From a virus (Duplodnaviria > Caudoviricetes): a stretch of DNA of 64,000 nucleotides. The DNA is taken from IMG/VR virus record IMGVR_UViG_2872477547_000003, positions 89,698 through 153,697 of that record. One strand, written 5' to 3'. Under the pieces are notes generated by a model. The model did no database searches and was not told where the DNA came from. It saw only the letters and a program-made list of their open reading frames with translations. Positions 31,801-42,163 of the stretch are shown piece after piece. Every line of letters starts with the position of its first letter. Positions within the stretch are counted from its first letter, which is position 1. The position numbers were made by a program, and so were the translations under genes.

Positions 31801-32116
31801 AATTATGGAGCGAATTGAAGAACGTACCTACGGTAACAGTAAGACTTATTATCCGATGCCAGGTTTATCACCTCAGAACTGGTTCTTTTATAAAGAAGCT
31901 TATGACATGGATATGTTTAAGGTAGTTGATCTTATTGCAACGATTCAGCAGCATGTCGATCAAGGAATTTCATTTACCTTGTTCCTGAAAGATACGATGA
32001 CAACGAGAGACCTGAATAGAATAGATCTCTACGCTCATCATCGAGGAATTAAGACCTTGTACTATGCGAGAACTAAGGATACTGGTCAGGATTCATGTCT
32101 ATCTTGTGTTGTCTGA
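28794..32116 (+). CDS. nrdE: class Ib ribonucleotide reductase alpha subunit, spliced join(28794..29513,30457..30879,31160..32116), 699 aa
   Basis: Exons join in frame as ADQMG|QRQGSG and FSNLC|SEVLQ. PATPTF, APTGSIS and TLYY motifs, and C-terminal CLSC. Confidence 0.93.
29514..30456 (+). mobile_element. group I intron 1 in nrdE, with HNH ORF
   Basis: 5' exon ends in T and the intron ends in G. R/S-like elements AACGACTA and AAGATATAGTC. Confidence 0.9.
29620..30303 (+). CDS. intron-encoded HNH homing endonuclease
   Basis: VHRLVA...NHIDGNKANPKLSNLEWVT...N..H, with an extra N-terminal HTH-like segment. Confidence 0.9.
   Translation: MSEARRPHNKLDIDEDFIRKNYSSMTAKEIGEKLGVSREVINHRVIKMGLRKTQIPFVLMEGEVVSPLAEFPGYGITNRSRVINLKKKTVLKTKIDSQGYTKVILYKEGKQVGKRVHRLVALNFIPNPKKLPFVNHIDGNKANPKLSNLEWVTPKGNAQHALKHGLLLIGEKSPKAKITELQALSILNDFKSGKSIKELSEIYTYASKTIITKICLRQKWKHLDQTS
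30880..31159 (+). ncRNA. group I intron 2 in nrdE (280 nt, no ORF)
   Basis: Inserted after TGT (catalytic Cys). Contains AACGACTA and GATGATATAGTC, and ends in G. Confidence 0.88.
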
Positions 32117-32280
32117 TTAACTCTATAAAAATAGTATTCATACAATAGTTCAGAAATTAAAAGAAGGATATTCATTAAAATAGCATTTGTTAAATTCCCT
32201 TCAAAACACAGTGATAGCCCTAGATTAACAAGGAACATAAAGATAATTTTTTGAACGTTTTTATTCATAAGTAAAACCAT
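32086..32280 (-). CDS. small hydrophobic antisense ORF between nrdE and nrdF
   Basis: AAGAGGA RBS on the minus strand and two hydrophobic helices. Its 3' end overlaps nrdE. Confidence 0.45.
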   Translation of the reverse strand: MVLLMNKNVQKIIFMFLVNLGLSLCFEGNLTNAILMNILLLISELLYEYYFYRVNQTTQDRHES

Positions 32281-32382
32281 CCTCTTATAATTTTAGGGGC
32301 TTTATTACCCCGTATATAAGGGCTTCAAAGAGGGTGGTTTTACAGTGTCAAATCTAAAATTTTTTAAGATAGGAGAATATTT

Positions 32383-34180
32383 TTGACAAAAATTTATGAC
32401 GCAGCAAACTGGTCAAAGCATGAAGACGATTTTACCCAAATGTTCTATAACCAAAACGTGAAACAGTTCTGGCTTCCGGAAGAGATTGCTTTAAACGGCG
32501 ATCTCCTCACATGGAAGTACCTCGGAAAAAATGAGCAGGACACTTATATGAAGGTACTGGCCGGACTTACGCTTCTTGATACAGAGCAGGGGAATACGGG
32601 GATGCCGATCGTGGCTGAACACGTAGACGGCCACCAGCGGAAAGCGGTGCTGAACTTTATGGCGATGATGGAGAACGCTGTCCATGCGAAGTCGTACAGC
32701 AACATCTTTCTAACTTTGGCTCCAACCGAGAAGATCAATGAAGTCTTCGAATGGGTGAAAAACAATAGGTTTCTTCAAAAGAAGGCTAGAACAATTGTTT
32801 CAATTTATAAAGCAGTTGAGAAGAACGATGAAATTTCCTTATTCAGAGCAATGGTTGCATCTGTGTTTCTAGAGAGCTTCCTTTTCTACTCAGGATTTTA
32901 TTACCCACTTTATTTTTATGGACAAGGGAAACTCATGCAAAGTGGAGAGATCATTAACCTGATTATTTAATAGTCCCTTTTGTCGGCAACGGCAAATGTG
33001 AACCTCTCTAATTGCTGGAAAATCCTTATTAGGACAATCAGCAGCGAAGCTATGCGAACCCAAAGGAGGTGAAAATGATAAGGAAAGAAGTCGAAGAAGC
33101 ACCTTGGTGGATAACGGAAACGGGAGTTATCATATCAAAAAAATTAAAGAAACCAAGAAAGACATTTATTACTCCACATGGCTATGAAATGATAGGATAC
33201 ACGCATCCGAAAAAAGGAACACAGAACTATTTAGTACATAGGTTAGTCGCAAAATATTTTATTCATGATATACCAAAAGGAATGTTTGTAAACCACATAG
33301 ATGGAAATAAACTAAACAACCACGTTCGGAACTTAGAAATAGTTACACCTAAAGAAAATACTCTACATGCAATGAAAATTGGATTAATGTCAGGACAACC
33401 TGGAGAAAGTAATTCAATGTCAAAGCTCACTAATATGGAGGCAACAAATTTAATCTATGATTTGATTGCTGGAATGAACAATGTTGAAGCTGGTGAAAAA
33501 TACAGCCTTCATCCTCGTTACGTTAGTCTAATTCGACATAAAAGAAGATGGAAGACTTTATGGGATCGCATAGAACGTTCAACGACTATCGCATAGGCGG
33601 CGAAATTCCGCAAAACGAGTAGGGCGCAAGCTATTGGCGTGGGTGAGAACCCCTTAAATCGAAACGGGAGGCATCCTACTGGGATGATGATATAGTCTGC
33701 TCCTTACGGTAACGTAAGGCGGTTGCGGTAAGGCAACGAACCGATAGTAGCGAAATCGGTTGAACTAAGGGTATTAGAGACGAAGCGATACACGGCGTAT
33801 ATGTAGGTTTATTAGCTCAAGAGATTTATAAGAAGCAAACACCAGAGAAGCAAAAAGAACTGTATGCATGGGCTTTAAGCTTGCTACAGGAGCTTTATGA
33901 AAATGAATTAGAGTATACAGAAGATGTCTATGATCAGGTTGGCTTAGCTCCAGATGTGAAGAAATTTATCAGATACAATGCTAATAAAGCTTTAAACAAT
34001 CTGGGATTCGATCATTGGTTTGAAGAAGAGGATGTTAATCCCATTGTTATCAATGGGTTGAGTACAAAGACTAAATCCCATGACTTCTTTTCAACTAAAG
34101 GAAACGGGTACAAAAAAGCTACGGTCGAACCATTAAGGGATTCAGATTTCATTTTTACCGAGAAAGGATGTATTCAATGA
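32383..34180 (+). CDS. nrdF: class Ib RNR beta subunit, spliced join(32383..32963,33772..34180), 329 aa
   Basis: Exons join as GEIINLI|IRDEAIHG. Motifs [16 protein letters not shown] and ESFLFYSGF. Confidence 0.93.
32964..33771 (+). mobile_element. group I intron in nrdF (808 nt) with HNH ORF
   Basis: T/G splice boundaries restore the frame. AATCAGCAGC, AACGACTA and GATGATATAGTC elements. Confidence 0.9.
33069..33596 (+). CDS. yosQ: intron-encoded HNH endonuclease
   Basis: VHRLVA...[10 protein letters not shown]...NLE.VTPKEN..H. Confidence 0.85.
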   Translation: MKMIRKEVEEAPWWITETGVIISKKLKKPRKTFITPHGYEMIGYTHPKKGTQNYLVHRLVAKYFIHDIPKGMFVNHIDGNKLNNHVRNLEIVTPKENTLHAMKIGLMSGQPGESNSMSKLTNMEATNLIYDLIAGMNNVEAGEKYSLHPRYVSLIRHKRRWKTLWDRIERSTTIA

Positions 34181-34419
34181 GATTAATTAAATTAGAGCAG
34201 CCTAATTGCAACCCATGTAAAATGGTGTCCAATTACTTAGAGCAAGCAAATATTCAATTTGAGACAGTTGACGTTACACAGGAACCAGAAGTGGCAGCTA
34301 GATTTGGTGTCATGGGAGTACCGGTAACCATTCTGCTGAGTGATCAGGGAGAAGAAGTAAACCGAAGTGTTGGTTTTAAGCCTAATGAACTTGATGAGTT
34401 ACTAAAGGAATTGCGATAA
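34177..34419 (+). CDS. yosR: thioredoxin/NrdH-like redoxin
   Basis: CNPC active site and GVP cis-proline loop. Confidence 0.85.
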   Translation: MRLIKLEQPNCNPCKMVSNYLEQANIQFETVDVTQEPEVAARFGVMGVPVTILLSDQGEEVNRSVGFKPNELDELLKELR

Positions 34420-34464
34420 TAGGGTAATTTTAAACAAACTTAAAATAAAAGGAGCTAATACATA

Positions 34465-34893
34465 ATGCAAATTAAAATCAAGTATCTAGATGATACACAA
34501 ACAAGGATCAGCAAAATTGAGCAGGGAGACTGGATTGATCTTCGGGCAGCTGAAGATGTAACAATCAAAAAAGATGAATTTAAGCTTGTCCCATTAGGTG
34601 TTGCAATGGAGCTGCCTGAAGGTTACGAAGCACATGTCGTCCCTCGTTCAAGTACATATAAGAACTTTGGCGTTATTCAAACAAATTCAATGGGTGTTAT
34701 CGATGAGTCTTATAAGGGTGACAACGATTATTGGTTCTTTCCTGCTTATGCGTTACGTGACACAAAGATTAAGAAAGGGGATCGCATCTGCCAGTTCAGA
34801 ATTATGAAGAAGATGCCGGTGGTTGACTTGATCGAGGTAGACCATCTAGGCAACGATGATCGAGGTGGGCATGGATCAACTGGAACGAAGTAA
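34465..34893 (+). CDS. yosS: trimeric dUTPase
   Basis: [20 protein letters not shown] and RGGHGSTG motifs. Confidence 0.93.
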   Translation: MQIKIKYLDDTQTRISKIEQGDWIDLRAAEDVTIKKDEFKLVPLGVAMELPEGYEAHVVPRSSTYKNFGVIQTNSMGVIDESYKGDNDYWFFPAYALRDTKIKKGDRICQFRIMKKMPVVDLIEVDHLGNDDRGGHGSTGTK

Positions 34894-34967
34894 TTAGATT
34901 TTGTTAAAAATTTTCTTGAAAAACATTTTTAATCATATTACCTTTTTCTAGGGAAGGGGATTAAAAT

Positions 34968-35417
34968 ATGAAAATAACTATTGAAGAATTACCAGAATCA
35001 AGGATTGCATATTTCCGAAATGTTGGAGAGTATGGTGGCAAGCAAAACAAAGAACTAATGGAATCTTTTAAAAAGTGGGCACAGTTGAATGGTTTATTTC
35101 ATAACTCTATAATTTTAGGAATTCCACAAGATGATCCAAGTATTACTCCTGAAGAGGAATGCCGTTATGATGTTGGCGTTGTAGTAAATAAAAATTTTAA
35201 CGTGCCGCAACCAGCTCAAGTTGGTAAGTTATCTGGAGGGAAATACGCTGTCTTCTTGCTTGACCATACAAAAGAGGTAGTAAGTGAATTTTGGGGCATT
35301 ATTTTCTCTGAAATAGAAAAAAATAGTCTAACTATAAGAGAAGAACCAATTGTAGAGAGATATACTTCACAAATGATTGATAATCACTTATGTGAAATCT
35401 TGGTCCCTATACAATAA
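34968..35417 (+). CDS. yosT: GyrI-like small-molecule-binding protein
   Basis: IAYFR.VGEYG, DDPSITP.EECRYD and GGKYAVF. Confidence 0.85.
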   Translation: MKITIEELPESRIAYFRNVGEYGGKQNKELMESFKKWAQLNGLFHNSIILGIPQDDPSITPEEECRYDVGVVVNKNFNVPQPAQVGKLSGGKYAVFLLDHTKEVVSEFWGIIFSEIEKNSLTIREEPIVERYTSQMIDNHLCEILVPIQ

Positions 35418-35456
35418 AGAAGGTGGGAAATTTCCCACCTCCTATATATGTACAAG

Positions 35457-35702
35457 TTAAATGGTCTGAATTAATTCCTTTATATGATCAAAATTGATAA
35501 TTGTGTTACATAGGGCAATTACGAAGTATAGAGTGCCTTTATATCGATCTTTTTTTACAAAACAGTTAATACCAAACCCAATCAAAAATGCGATTAAGAT
35601 TAACTGAGCGCACACAAATAAATGTGAGTTAGAACTGAAGAAAGAATAAAATAATAATAACAATATAATTAGTAAACTAATGGTTTTGAATATTTTACGC
35701 AA
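35457..35702 (-). CDS. small membrane protein (YosU-like)
   Basis: 81 aa, hydrophobic, with AAAGGAGTG RBS. Confidence 0.6.
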   Translation of the reverse strand: MRKIFKTISLLIILLLLFYSFFSSNSHLFVCAQLILIAFLIGFGINCFVKKDRYKGTLYFVIALCNTIINFDHIKELIQTI

Positions 35703-35814
35703 AATAACACTCCTTTAAATTCATTGCTTTAAATTTACCATAAAAGATTTTTGTTGGAAATATTTCTGAATAAAAGAATACTTTTATCTAAAATCAATAA
35801 GGAGGAAAGAGATC

Positions 35815-36012
35815 ATTAACAACAAAGAAAGAGCTTTACAAGCAAAATATGATGATATGCTTTATAGGAACGGTCTTTGCTTTGGATTTCTTCAGTTGCA
35901 AGGACTTGAAGATGAATTCATTGAACATATGAGACAAGTTGCTGAGTACGAGAAAGACCTGAGATACAAAAGTGCAGCAACTAATTTCTTAAAGATGATC
36001 GACCATAATTAA
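35815..36012 (+). CDS. 65-aa phage protein with ATT (or ATC) start (not in the track)
   Basis: AAGGAGG at 35799-35805 with no ATG/GTG/TTG at the proper spacing. Frame open to 36012. Confidence 0.55.
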   Translation: MNNKERALQAKYDDMLYRNGLCFGFLQLQGLEDEFIEHMRQVAEYEKDLRYKSAATNFLKMIDHN

Positions 36013-36029
36013 AATAGGCGGGTGATTAA

Positions 36030-36314
36030 TTGTTAAAGGATAAAAATAAAATATTAAAGAGTATTGAAAAGATCAACAAACTTGAAGAAGGATTGGCACT
36101 ATTTGAAGAAGATGACGAAGAATACTTAAGTGTATTGGAAAAAATTCAAGCGCTGTACGATGAAATTGCAGATATTTCCTTGGAGTGTTTTAAAGTTATG
36201 ACTACAAAAATCAGGAAAACTGGTCTGAAACGAATTGGAAATGGAATTGATCAGTTGCCACATACAATAAAAGAAAGCATCAATGAGCAATTAAACGAAA
36301 TTAAAGGGGGATAA
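36030..36314 (+). CDS. YosV-like protein
   Basis: 94 aa. Synteny. Confidence 0.6.
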   Translation: MLKDKNKILKSIEKINKLEEGLALFEEDDEEYLSVLEKIQALYDEIADISLECFKVMTTKIRKTGLKRIGNGIDQLPHTIKESINEQLNEIKGG

Positions 36315-36322
36315 TATCTCCC

Positions 36323-36916
36323 TTAATTCGTTTTAAAATATGGGAATCTACCTTTAATAGGATATTTCCCTTTGCGGGAGGGGTGGTACACACAGTTCTT
36401 TGTGCTAAAGTGACTCCATCCATTGTACTCAAGTCCAAATGTTTTTTCTTTATATTGTGTCAGCATACTTATTATAGTATCATGAGGCTTTTTTCTAATA
36501 TAGTTTCCTGTCGCTATGTAAATTTCATGAGCATTTGAATAGTAATCAGAAATCAAAGACCTGTTTTTTTCATATGTTAGTTCAAACTCTTTTGGATTCA
36601 GTTTCTGAGCTGCTTGCAATAAAGGCCTCAGTTTAGTTGAATTTGGCTCATAAAAAGGATGGATATTCGTTATAATTATTTTTGATGCTTTTAAAATATC
36701 GTAAGCATAATTAATAATAAAATTCACAGTGTTATCTGAACTTTTTTTATCAGCACAACTTGGGTTCATTAGTGTAAACACAGAAATCAAATCTCCTTCA
36801 TTTCTCAATGGTATTTCTAAATAGTGTCTTGTGATAATGGAACTGGGAGCAGAAAAAACGTTTTTGTCACAATCAATTTTATTTATTATTACTTTCCGAC
36901 AACAATAGTCAACCAC
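36323..36916 (-). CDS. DUF1643-like protein
   Basis: LMNPSCAD, ITNIHP and YHP motifs typical of DUF1643. Confidence 0.7.
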   Translation of the reverse strand: MVDYCCRKVIINKIDCDKNVFSAPSSIITRHYLEIPLRNEGDLISVFTLMNPSCADKKSSDNTVNFIINYAYDILKASKIIITNIHPFYEPNSTKLRPLLQAAQKLNPKEFELTYEKNRSLISDYYSNAHEIYIATGNYIRKKPHDTIISMLTQYKEKTFGLEYNGWSHFSTKNCVYHPSRKGKYPIKGRFPYFKTN

Positions 36917-36959
36917 TGACTCACACCCTTCGAGTCTTTAATAATAGGAGGAATAAAAC

Positions 36960-37799
36960 ATGACTCAATTTGATAAACAATACAATTCAATTATAAAGGA
37001 TATTATAAATAATGGAATCACAGATGAAGAATTTCATGTAAGAACAAAGTGGGATTCTGATGGAACACCGGCTCATACACTAAGTGTTATTAGTAAGCAA
37101 ATGAGGTTTGACAACTCAGAAGTTCCGATTTTAACGACAAAAAACGTTGCCTGGAAAACAGCCATTAAAGAGTTGCTCTGGATTTGGCAGCTGAAATCTA
37201 ATGATGTTAATGATTTAAACAAGATGAGCGTACATATTTGGGATCAGTGGAAACAAGAAGACGGCACCATCGGACATGCATATGGATTTCAGTTGGGGAA
37301 GAAAAACAGAAGTCTAAATGGAGAAAAAGTGGATCAGGTTGATTATCTTCTTCATCAATTGAAGAACAACCCGTCTTCACGCAGACACATTACAATGCTG
37401 TGGAATCCTGATGATTTAGACGCAATGGCCTTAACGCCATGTGTATACGAAACTCAATGGTATGTTAAGCAAGGTAAGCTCCACCTCGAGGTAAGAGCAC
37501 GGAGCAATGATATGGCTTTGGGGAATCCATTCAATGTATTCCAGTACAATGTGTTGCAGCGCATGATTGCTCAAGTGACTGGTTATGAGCTTGGTGAATA
37601 TATCTTTAACATTGGGGATTGCCATGTGTACACACGTCATATAGACAATTTGAAAATTCAAATGGAGAGAGAACAGTTTGAAGCACCTGAACTATGGATC
37701 AATCCTGAAGTGAAAGATTTTTATAACTTTACCATTGATGATTTCAAATTAATCAACTATAAACATGGGGACAAGCTTTCATTTGAGGTAGCGGTTTAA
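36960..37799 (+). CDS. thyA: thymidylate synthase A (thyP3-type)
   Basis: SRRH, LTPC, RSND, PFN and DCHVY motifs. 279 aa, B. subtilis ThyA-like. Confidence 0.96.
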   Translation: MTQFDKQYNSIIKDIINNGITDEEFHVRTKWDSDGTPAHTLSVISKQMRFDNSEVPILTTKNVAWKTAIKELLWIWQLKSNDVNDLNKMSVHIWDQWKQEDGTIGHAYGFQLGKKNRSLNGEKVDQVDYLLHQLKNNPSSRRHITMLWNPDDLDAMALTPCVYETQWYVKQGKLHLEVRARSNDMALGNPFNVFQYNVLQRMIAQVTGYELGEYIFNIGDCHVYTRHIDNLKIQMEREQFEAPELWINPEVKDFYNFTIDDFKLINYKHGDKLSFEVAV

Positions 37800-37855
37800 T
37801 GCTGCCTTTTTATTGCTAATTTTAACGAAAAATAATAAAGTTGGAGTATTAGGAG

Positions 37856-38608
37856 GTGTTGTATATGCTAACTGAAGATGAGCTTAAATGGATGAGAGAG
37901 GTACTCAGGGATTATGAGTTTGGCGAAATTTCACCTTCATATTTTTATAAAAAGAAAACAGAAATTGAACGCAATCGCAACAGAGGAATAGTCCGAAAAG
38001 AGTTGGATACTCTTAGGAGTAAAATGAGAAAGTATACCCCGGATGAGTTGCTCTCATTTAGGAAAATTAGTGACAGAGATATTCATGACTATGAAAATTT
38101 TTCGGGCATTTATATTATCCACAATTGCAACTTGGATGAGTATTACATCGGACAAGCAGTAAAGGTTGTTGATCGAGCTCGTATGCATTTTCTTACCAAT
38201 GCAGGAAATGAAGAGGTATATAAAGACTTTTCCTTAGGGGATACATTTAGCATTAGTTTTATTCCTTTAAACATCACTTCATATTCAACGCTAAATGAAT
38301 TAGAAGACAATGCTATAAGAGCTTATGATTCATTCCATAATGGATATAATAAGATGCCTGGAAATGTAATGGACAAATATATTTTCAAAAATGATGATTA
38401 TGAGAAAGCTGCTAACTTGATATTAGACAAGATCAAAGGAAAAGAGTTGTTCGCTAGCCTTACCAATGACCGAAAAAGAATGAAGTATACTCGAAGCTTA
38501 TTTACGGAACTTGAACTACCAGAGAATATACATTTTAGGTTGGGTTTGGTTAAGTGCATAAAAGCTTATCAAAAGGCTAATAAAGCTAATATTAGAAATA
38601 AAGAATAA
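37856..38608 (+). CDS. free-standing GIY-YIG nuclease-domain protein
   Basis: SGIYIIHN...YYIGQA...R...H...E...GYN. Confidence 0.8.
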   Translation: MLYMLTEDELKWMREVLRDYEFGEISPSYFYKKKTEIERNRNRGIVRKELDTLRSKMRKYTPDELLSFRKISDRDIHDYENFSGIYIIHNCNLDEYYIGQAVKVVDRARMHFLTNAGNEEVYKDFSLGDTFSISFIPLNITSYSTLNELEDNAIRAYDSFHNGYNKMPGNVMDKYIFKNDDYEKAANLILDKIKGKELFASLTNDRKRMKYTRSLFTELELPENIHFRLGLVKCIKAYQKANKANIRNKE

Positions 38609-38620
38609 AATAAAAATATC

Positions 38621-38649
38621 TAGACATATATATTTTCAGGTGATAAAAT
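38621..38649 (+). promoter_or_regulatory. sigmaA-type promoter upstream of the yosX-like gene
   Basis: TAGACA-17 nt-TAAAAT with extended TG. A 16-mer repeat lies downstream. Confidence 0.55.
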
Positions 38650-38746
38650 AGATACAAGTTAAACAGCTTGTCTTTAGATGAATTTAGAATAAAAATAAAA
38701 TTACTATAAAACTAATATTTTATTTAAACTTTAAGGAGGTGATTTA

Positions 38747-39097
38747 TTGGAGACGGGAAATAAAACACATGCATATGAAAAGATAGCAGCCTTGAAGAAA
38801 AAGAAATACAAATTTGAAACAATGCAACTTGAAACACAGAGGAAATTGTTAAGACTTGAAACACAGCAAAACAAAGAGAAACTAGAAATTCTATTCGAAC
38901 TTGGTGAAATCCTAAACCAGATAGTAAATGAAGAATGGGTAAGCTCAACTATTGCGACTAAAATTATTAACAGGAATAGAAAAGCATATCGGGATCTATT
39001 TTTGTTTAGGGAAAATAAAGCATACATAAATAAGGAAAAATTCAAAGAGTTAAATGATCAATTTATTCATCTGACGCAAAAATTAAATGATATCTAA
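38747..39097 (+). CDS. YosX-like coiled-coil protein
   Basis: 116 aa with AAGGAGGTG RBS. Synteny. Confidence 0.6.
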   Translation: METGNKTHAYEKIAALKKKKYKFETMQLETQRKLLRLETQQNKEKLEILFELGEILNQIVNEEWVSSTIATKIINRNRKAYRDLFLFRENKAYINKEKFKELNDQFIHLTQKLNDI

Positions 39098-39109
39098 GGA
39101 GTTGGCGAA

Positions 39110-39850
39110 TTGGAAAATAAATTGCTGATTAATAATGCGAATACGGTATTTGAAAAGAAGGACGATAAATATTTCGGTTATAAATCTCGTTTTGGAGATA
39201 TCGTTATTGGCGGAGCATATTCTTATAGATTCGTAGTTCACTATGCAAAAACGAATCAAGACGTTGTTATTGTACCTGGCGATGTAAATACGGTAACGAC
39301 TCCGGTTTGTACGACGCTAGAGGAACGTTTATGGAAGCCAGAGAAAAGCGTCCAAGCCCGCCGTGATGAAATCGTTGAGCAGGCGAAGGCGGATATCGAA
39401 GTTTTAAAATCGCCGGGAAGAATGGTGAACGGAAATACTTCGGATTACAAAGTCAATCTCTTTGGTGCGAATGCGGAGTTCATAGTAAATCGAGAAAAGC
39501 GGACAGTAGTCGCCTTATTAAAGGGAGCTTATAGCGGTACGGTCGTCTTAGCGCGGGGCATCGCCAAAGCCGCCCCTGACGACTGCTTCAACGTTCATAT
39601 CGGTAAAGCAATCGCGCTAAGACGTGCGCTAAGCCTGGCGGTGCCGGACGAATACTTGAACGCGCCGCAGCCGACTGAGGTTCGGGTGGGCGATTTTATA
39701 TCGGATGATAGCGGGGTTCACAAAGCACTAGTTATTGAAGACGACAGTTGGCCGCCTTTTTCCGGTGGTGCAGCAATATACTTGAAAGATGCGCGTAAAT
39801 ACGGCTATAAAATCATCGACGACTCACGCGAAGAGGCGGGCGGTGAGTGA
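39110..39850 (+). CDS. phage protein with a GC-richer C-terminal part
   Basis: RTVVALL...GIAKAAPDDCFN.HIGKAIALRRA motif common in Bacillus phages. Confidence 0.75.
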   Translation: MENKLLINNANTVFEKKDDKYFGYKSRFGDIVIGGAYSYRFVVHYAKTNQDVVIVPGDVNTVTTPVCTTLEERLWKPEKSVQARRDEIVEQAKADIEVLKSPGRMVNGNTSDYKVNLFGANAEFIVNREKRTVVALLKGAYSGTVVLARGIAKAAPDDCFNVHIGKAIALRRALSLAVPDEYLNAPQPTEVRVGDFISDDSGVHKALVIEDDSWPPFSGGAAIYLKDARKYGYKIIDDSREEAGGE

Positions 39851-40093
39851 CGTATCATAGACGCCTGAAGACGACGGTGTTTAAAAAGTATAGCGGATAT
39901 GATTGGACTTACGACGGAATGTTTGAAAAAACAAGAGTGAAAGGCAGTGATAAAAGAAAACGATCGAAACATGAGCGAACAATCCGAAAAGTTATGGATA
40001 AAAAAGAAATTAGTTATTACTTTTAAATTAATATAAAATCTGTATTTTATTTAGATTAAGACGTAAAAAAAATGAAGAGGTCAAACCTCTTCA

Positions 40094-40288
40094 TCATGCA
40101 GTTTTCTTCTTGGGTTCCCAACTGCAGCCTAAAACTGAATTAATAATCCCAGCTGTTAAGAATCCCAAAAAAACACCTAAGTAATGGTTTATATTCACAC
40201 TAAACCATACACCAAGAGAAATTGCTGTGATTAGAATTTCAGAAATACTTTTAATAAATGGATGTGAATTGAAAAAATTTTTAAACAT
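40094..40288 (-). CDS. small membrane protein
   Basis: 64 aa with two hydrophobic helices. Hairpin at ~40074-40093. Confidence 0.5.
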   Translation of the reverse strand: MFKNFFNSHPFIKSISEILITAISLGVWFSVNINHYLGVFLGFLTAGIINSVLGCSWEPKKKTA

Positions 40289-40581
40289 GTATTGCTCTCT
40301 TTCTGCTTTGATTTCGTAAATAGTGATTTTTTAAAACAAAGTTATGTAAATGAAAAATTAGGAATCAAGCACAAGGCCAGAAATTAAAGAAGAATATGAT
40401 TACATTGACCAAACGCTTATTTTTCTTTGTTTTGTGCTTATTTTGCCACAAGTTAATACACCTCTAGATGATATTTACATAGAAAATCATACCATTGAAA
40501 AATGTGGTAGAGCAAGTGGGAGGGTTAAATGTAATGACAGGGTTTAGAAGAGGAGCATAAAAAGAGGGGGTTTACCCCTCC

Positions 40582-40800
40582 TTAATGAAATTGACCACCC
40601 ATGTTCTGTTGAGCTAAGCGAACTAAACGTTTAGTGATTTCTCCACCAACTGAACCATTTGCACGAGAAGTAGTCTCAGCGCCTAATTGAACACCAAACT
40701 CAGAAGCTATTTCGAGTTTCATTTGTTCAATAGCTGAAGCTGCTTGAGGAATTAGTAAATCATTATTGTTGTTTGATCTTGATCTACTTTGTTGAGCCAT
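40582..40800 (-). CDS. sspC: alpha/beta-type small acid-soluble spore protein
   Basis: [13 protein letters not shown]...[16 protein letters not shown]. SigmaG-like GTATA/CATAATA promoter upstream. Confidence 0.95.
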   Translation of the reverse strand: MAQQSRSRSNNNNDLLIPQAASAIEQMKLEIASEFGVQLGAETTSRANGSVGGEITKRLVRLAQQNMGGQFH

Positions 40801-40919
40801 CTTATTCATCTCCTAATGTGTAATGAAAACAAGCTTGTTTGAATCATATTATGGAGAGATTATTTTAATTTATACACGCCAAAGAAATAAATTTTTTCAT
40901 TAAGAAAGGTGGGGACAAA

Positions 40920-41747
40920 ATGAAAATTGATTATGTATCAGATCTCCATATAAATCATTGGATTCCTTGGAATGTAAATCAAATTAAGTGGGAGAAGCGA
41001 ACAAGAGAAATCGTTAATAGGTTAATCTCAAACGGTAATGGGGAGGTATTAGTCATTGCCGGTGATTTTACCGAATGGAATCAACAAACTTTATGGGTTT
41101 TAGATGAGGCAGCAAAGCAATACGAGAAGGTTTACTTTACATATGGTAATCATGAACTTTATTTACTTAGCAAGAGCCAAAAAAGAAAATACTCAGACTC
41201 AATTGGCAGGTTGAATGATCTAATCAAAAAGGCTGCCAACATAAAAAATGTAACTCCATTAATTAAGACAACTGAAACATACAAAGGTAAAGTATTCGCG
41301 GGAGACGTAATGTGGTACCTTCCAAAAGGAATCGAAGGATGGGATTTCTTTAAAGGAGTATCTAATGACTCAAATTACATTTGTATTAATGGTTACAACA
41401 AAATAGATGGGGTAAGAGCTATGTGGAAAGAATCAATGGATTGGTATGAAACGCTTGAAAAGACACAAATTGATGTATTTGTTTCCCATGTTCCACCTGT
41501 TCACAATCCTTACTCTCCATTTGAGCCTAATACATGCTATATGGTTGAAGTACCATTCATTAACGCAAGACATTGGGTTTGTGGACATGATCATTTACAA
41601 GCTGAGTTTGACAAAGATGGAACGAGCTTTCACATGAATTGTATCGGATACCCGTATGACTATGATAATTATCCGAGTGTCAATGTGATACCTGGTGAAG
41701 AAGTAGATTCATATAAAACGTTTGAGCTTAAAACATTCGAGATTTAG
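40920..41747 (+). CDS. yotB: metallophosphoesterase
   Basis: SDLH, AGD, GNHE and GHDH motifs. 275 aa. Confidence 0.88.
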   Translation: MKIDYVSDLHINHWIPWNVNQIKWEKRTREIVNRLISNGNGEVLVIAGDFTEWNQQTLWVLDEAAKQYEKVYFTYGNHELYLLSKSQKRKYSDSIGRLNDLIKKAANIKNVTPLIKTTETYKGKVFAGDVMWYLPKGIEGWDFFKGVSNDSNYICINGYNKIDGVRAMWKESMDWYETLEKTQIDVFVSHVPPVHNPYSPFEPNTCYMVEVPFINARHWVCGHDHLQAEFDKDGTSFHMNCIGYPYDYDNYPSVNVIPGEEVDSYKTFELKTFEI

Positions 41748-41790
41748 ATTTAATTAAAATTCTAATTTTATACAGAAGGGAAGGGGAGAC

Positions 41791-41982
41791 ATGGAAAATG
41801 AAGTTGTGTTTTTTTGTAGAAAATGCAATCATCACTTGTTTGCTAAAAATCCTATGATAAACACATTAAAGGTTATATCTGAAATGGATTGCCCTAATTG
41901 TGGAGAAGAGGGTTATCATAATTGGATTCTTTCGCATATAGGTGATTCAGAGAAAGAAAAGGAGAACTACAATTGGAAGTAG
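41791..41982 (+). CDS. small Zn-ribbon protein (YotC-like)
   Basis: CRKC...CPNC. Bracketed by sites at 41755 and 41984. Confidence 0.65.
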   Translation: MENEVVFFCRKCNHHLFAKNPMINTLKVISEMDCPNCGEEGYHNWILSHIGDSEKEKENYNWK

Positions 41983-42163
41983 ATAAAATGTTGATTTCAT
42001 TTAGAAGGGATAAACTCAATGAAAGAAATTGAATTTGAAGAAATTAAGAAATTTGTTGAAGTAATGTCTCGACAATTTAGATCAACCAAGGTGATGAAAA
42101 TCCACACTAGTTATGCAGAATGGTTGGTCGCTGAAGTTGAACGGCTAAGAAGGTTAAACAACA

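Noticed and set aside
28737-34180. nrdE/nrdF fragments as pseudogenes
   Set aside because: Removing the group I introns restores full-length in-frame proteins.
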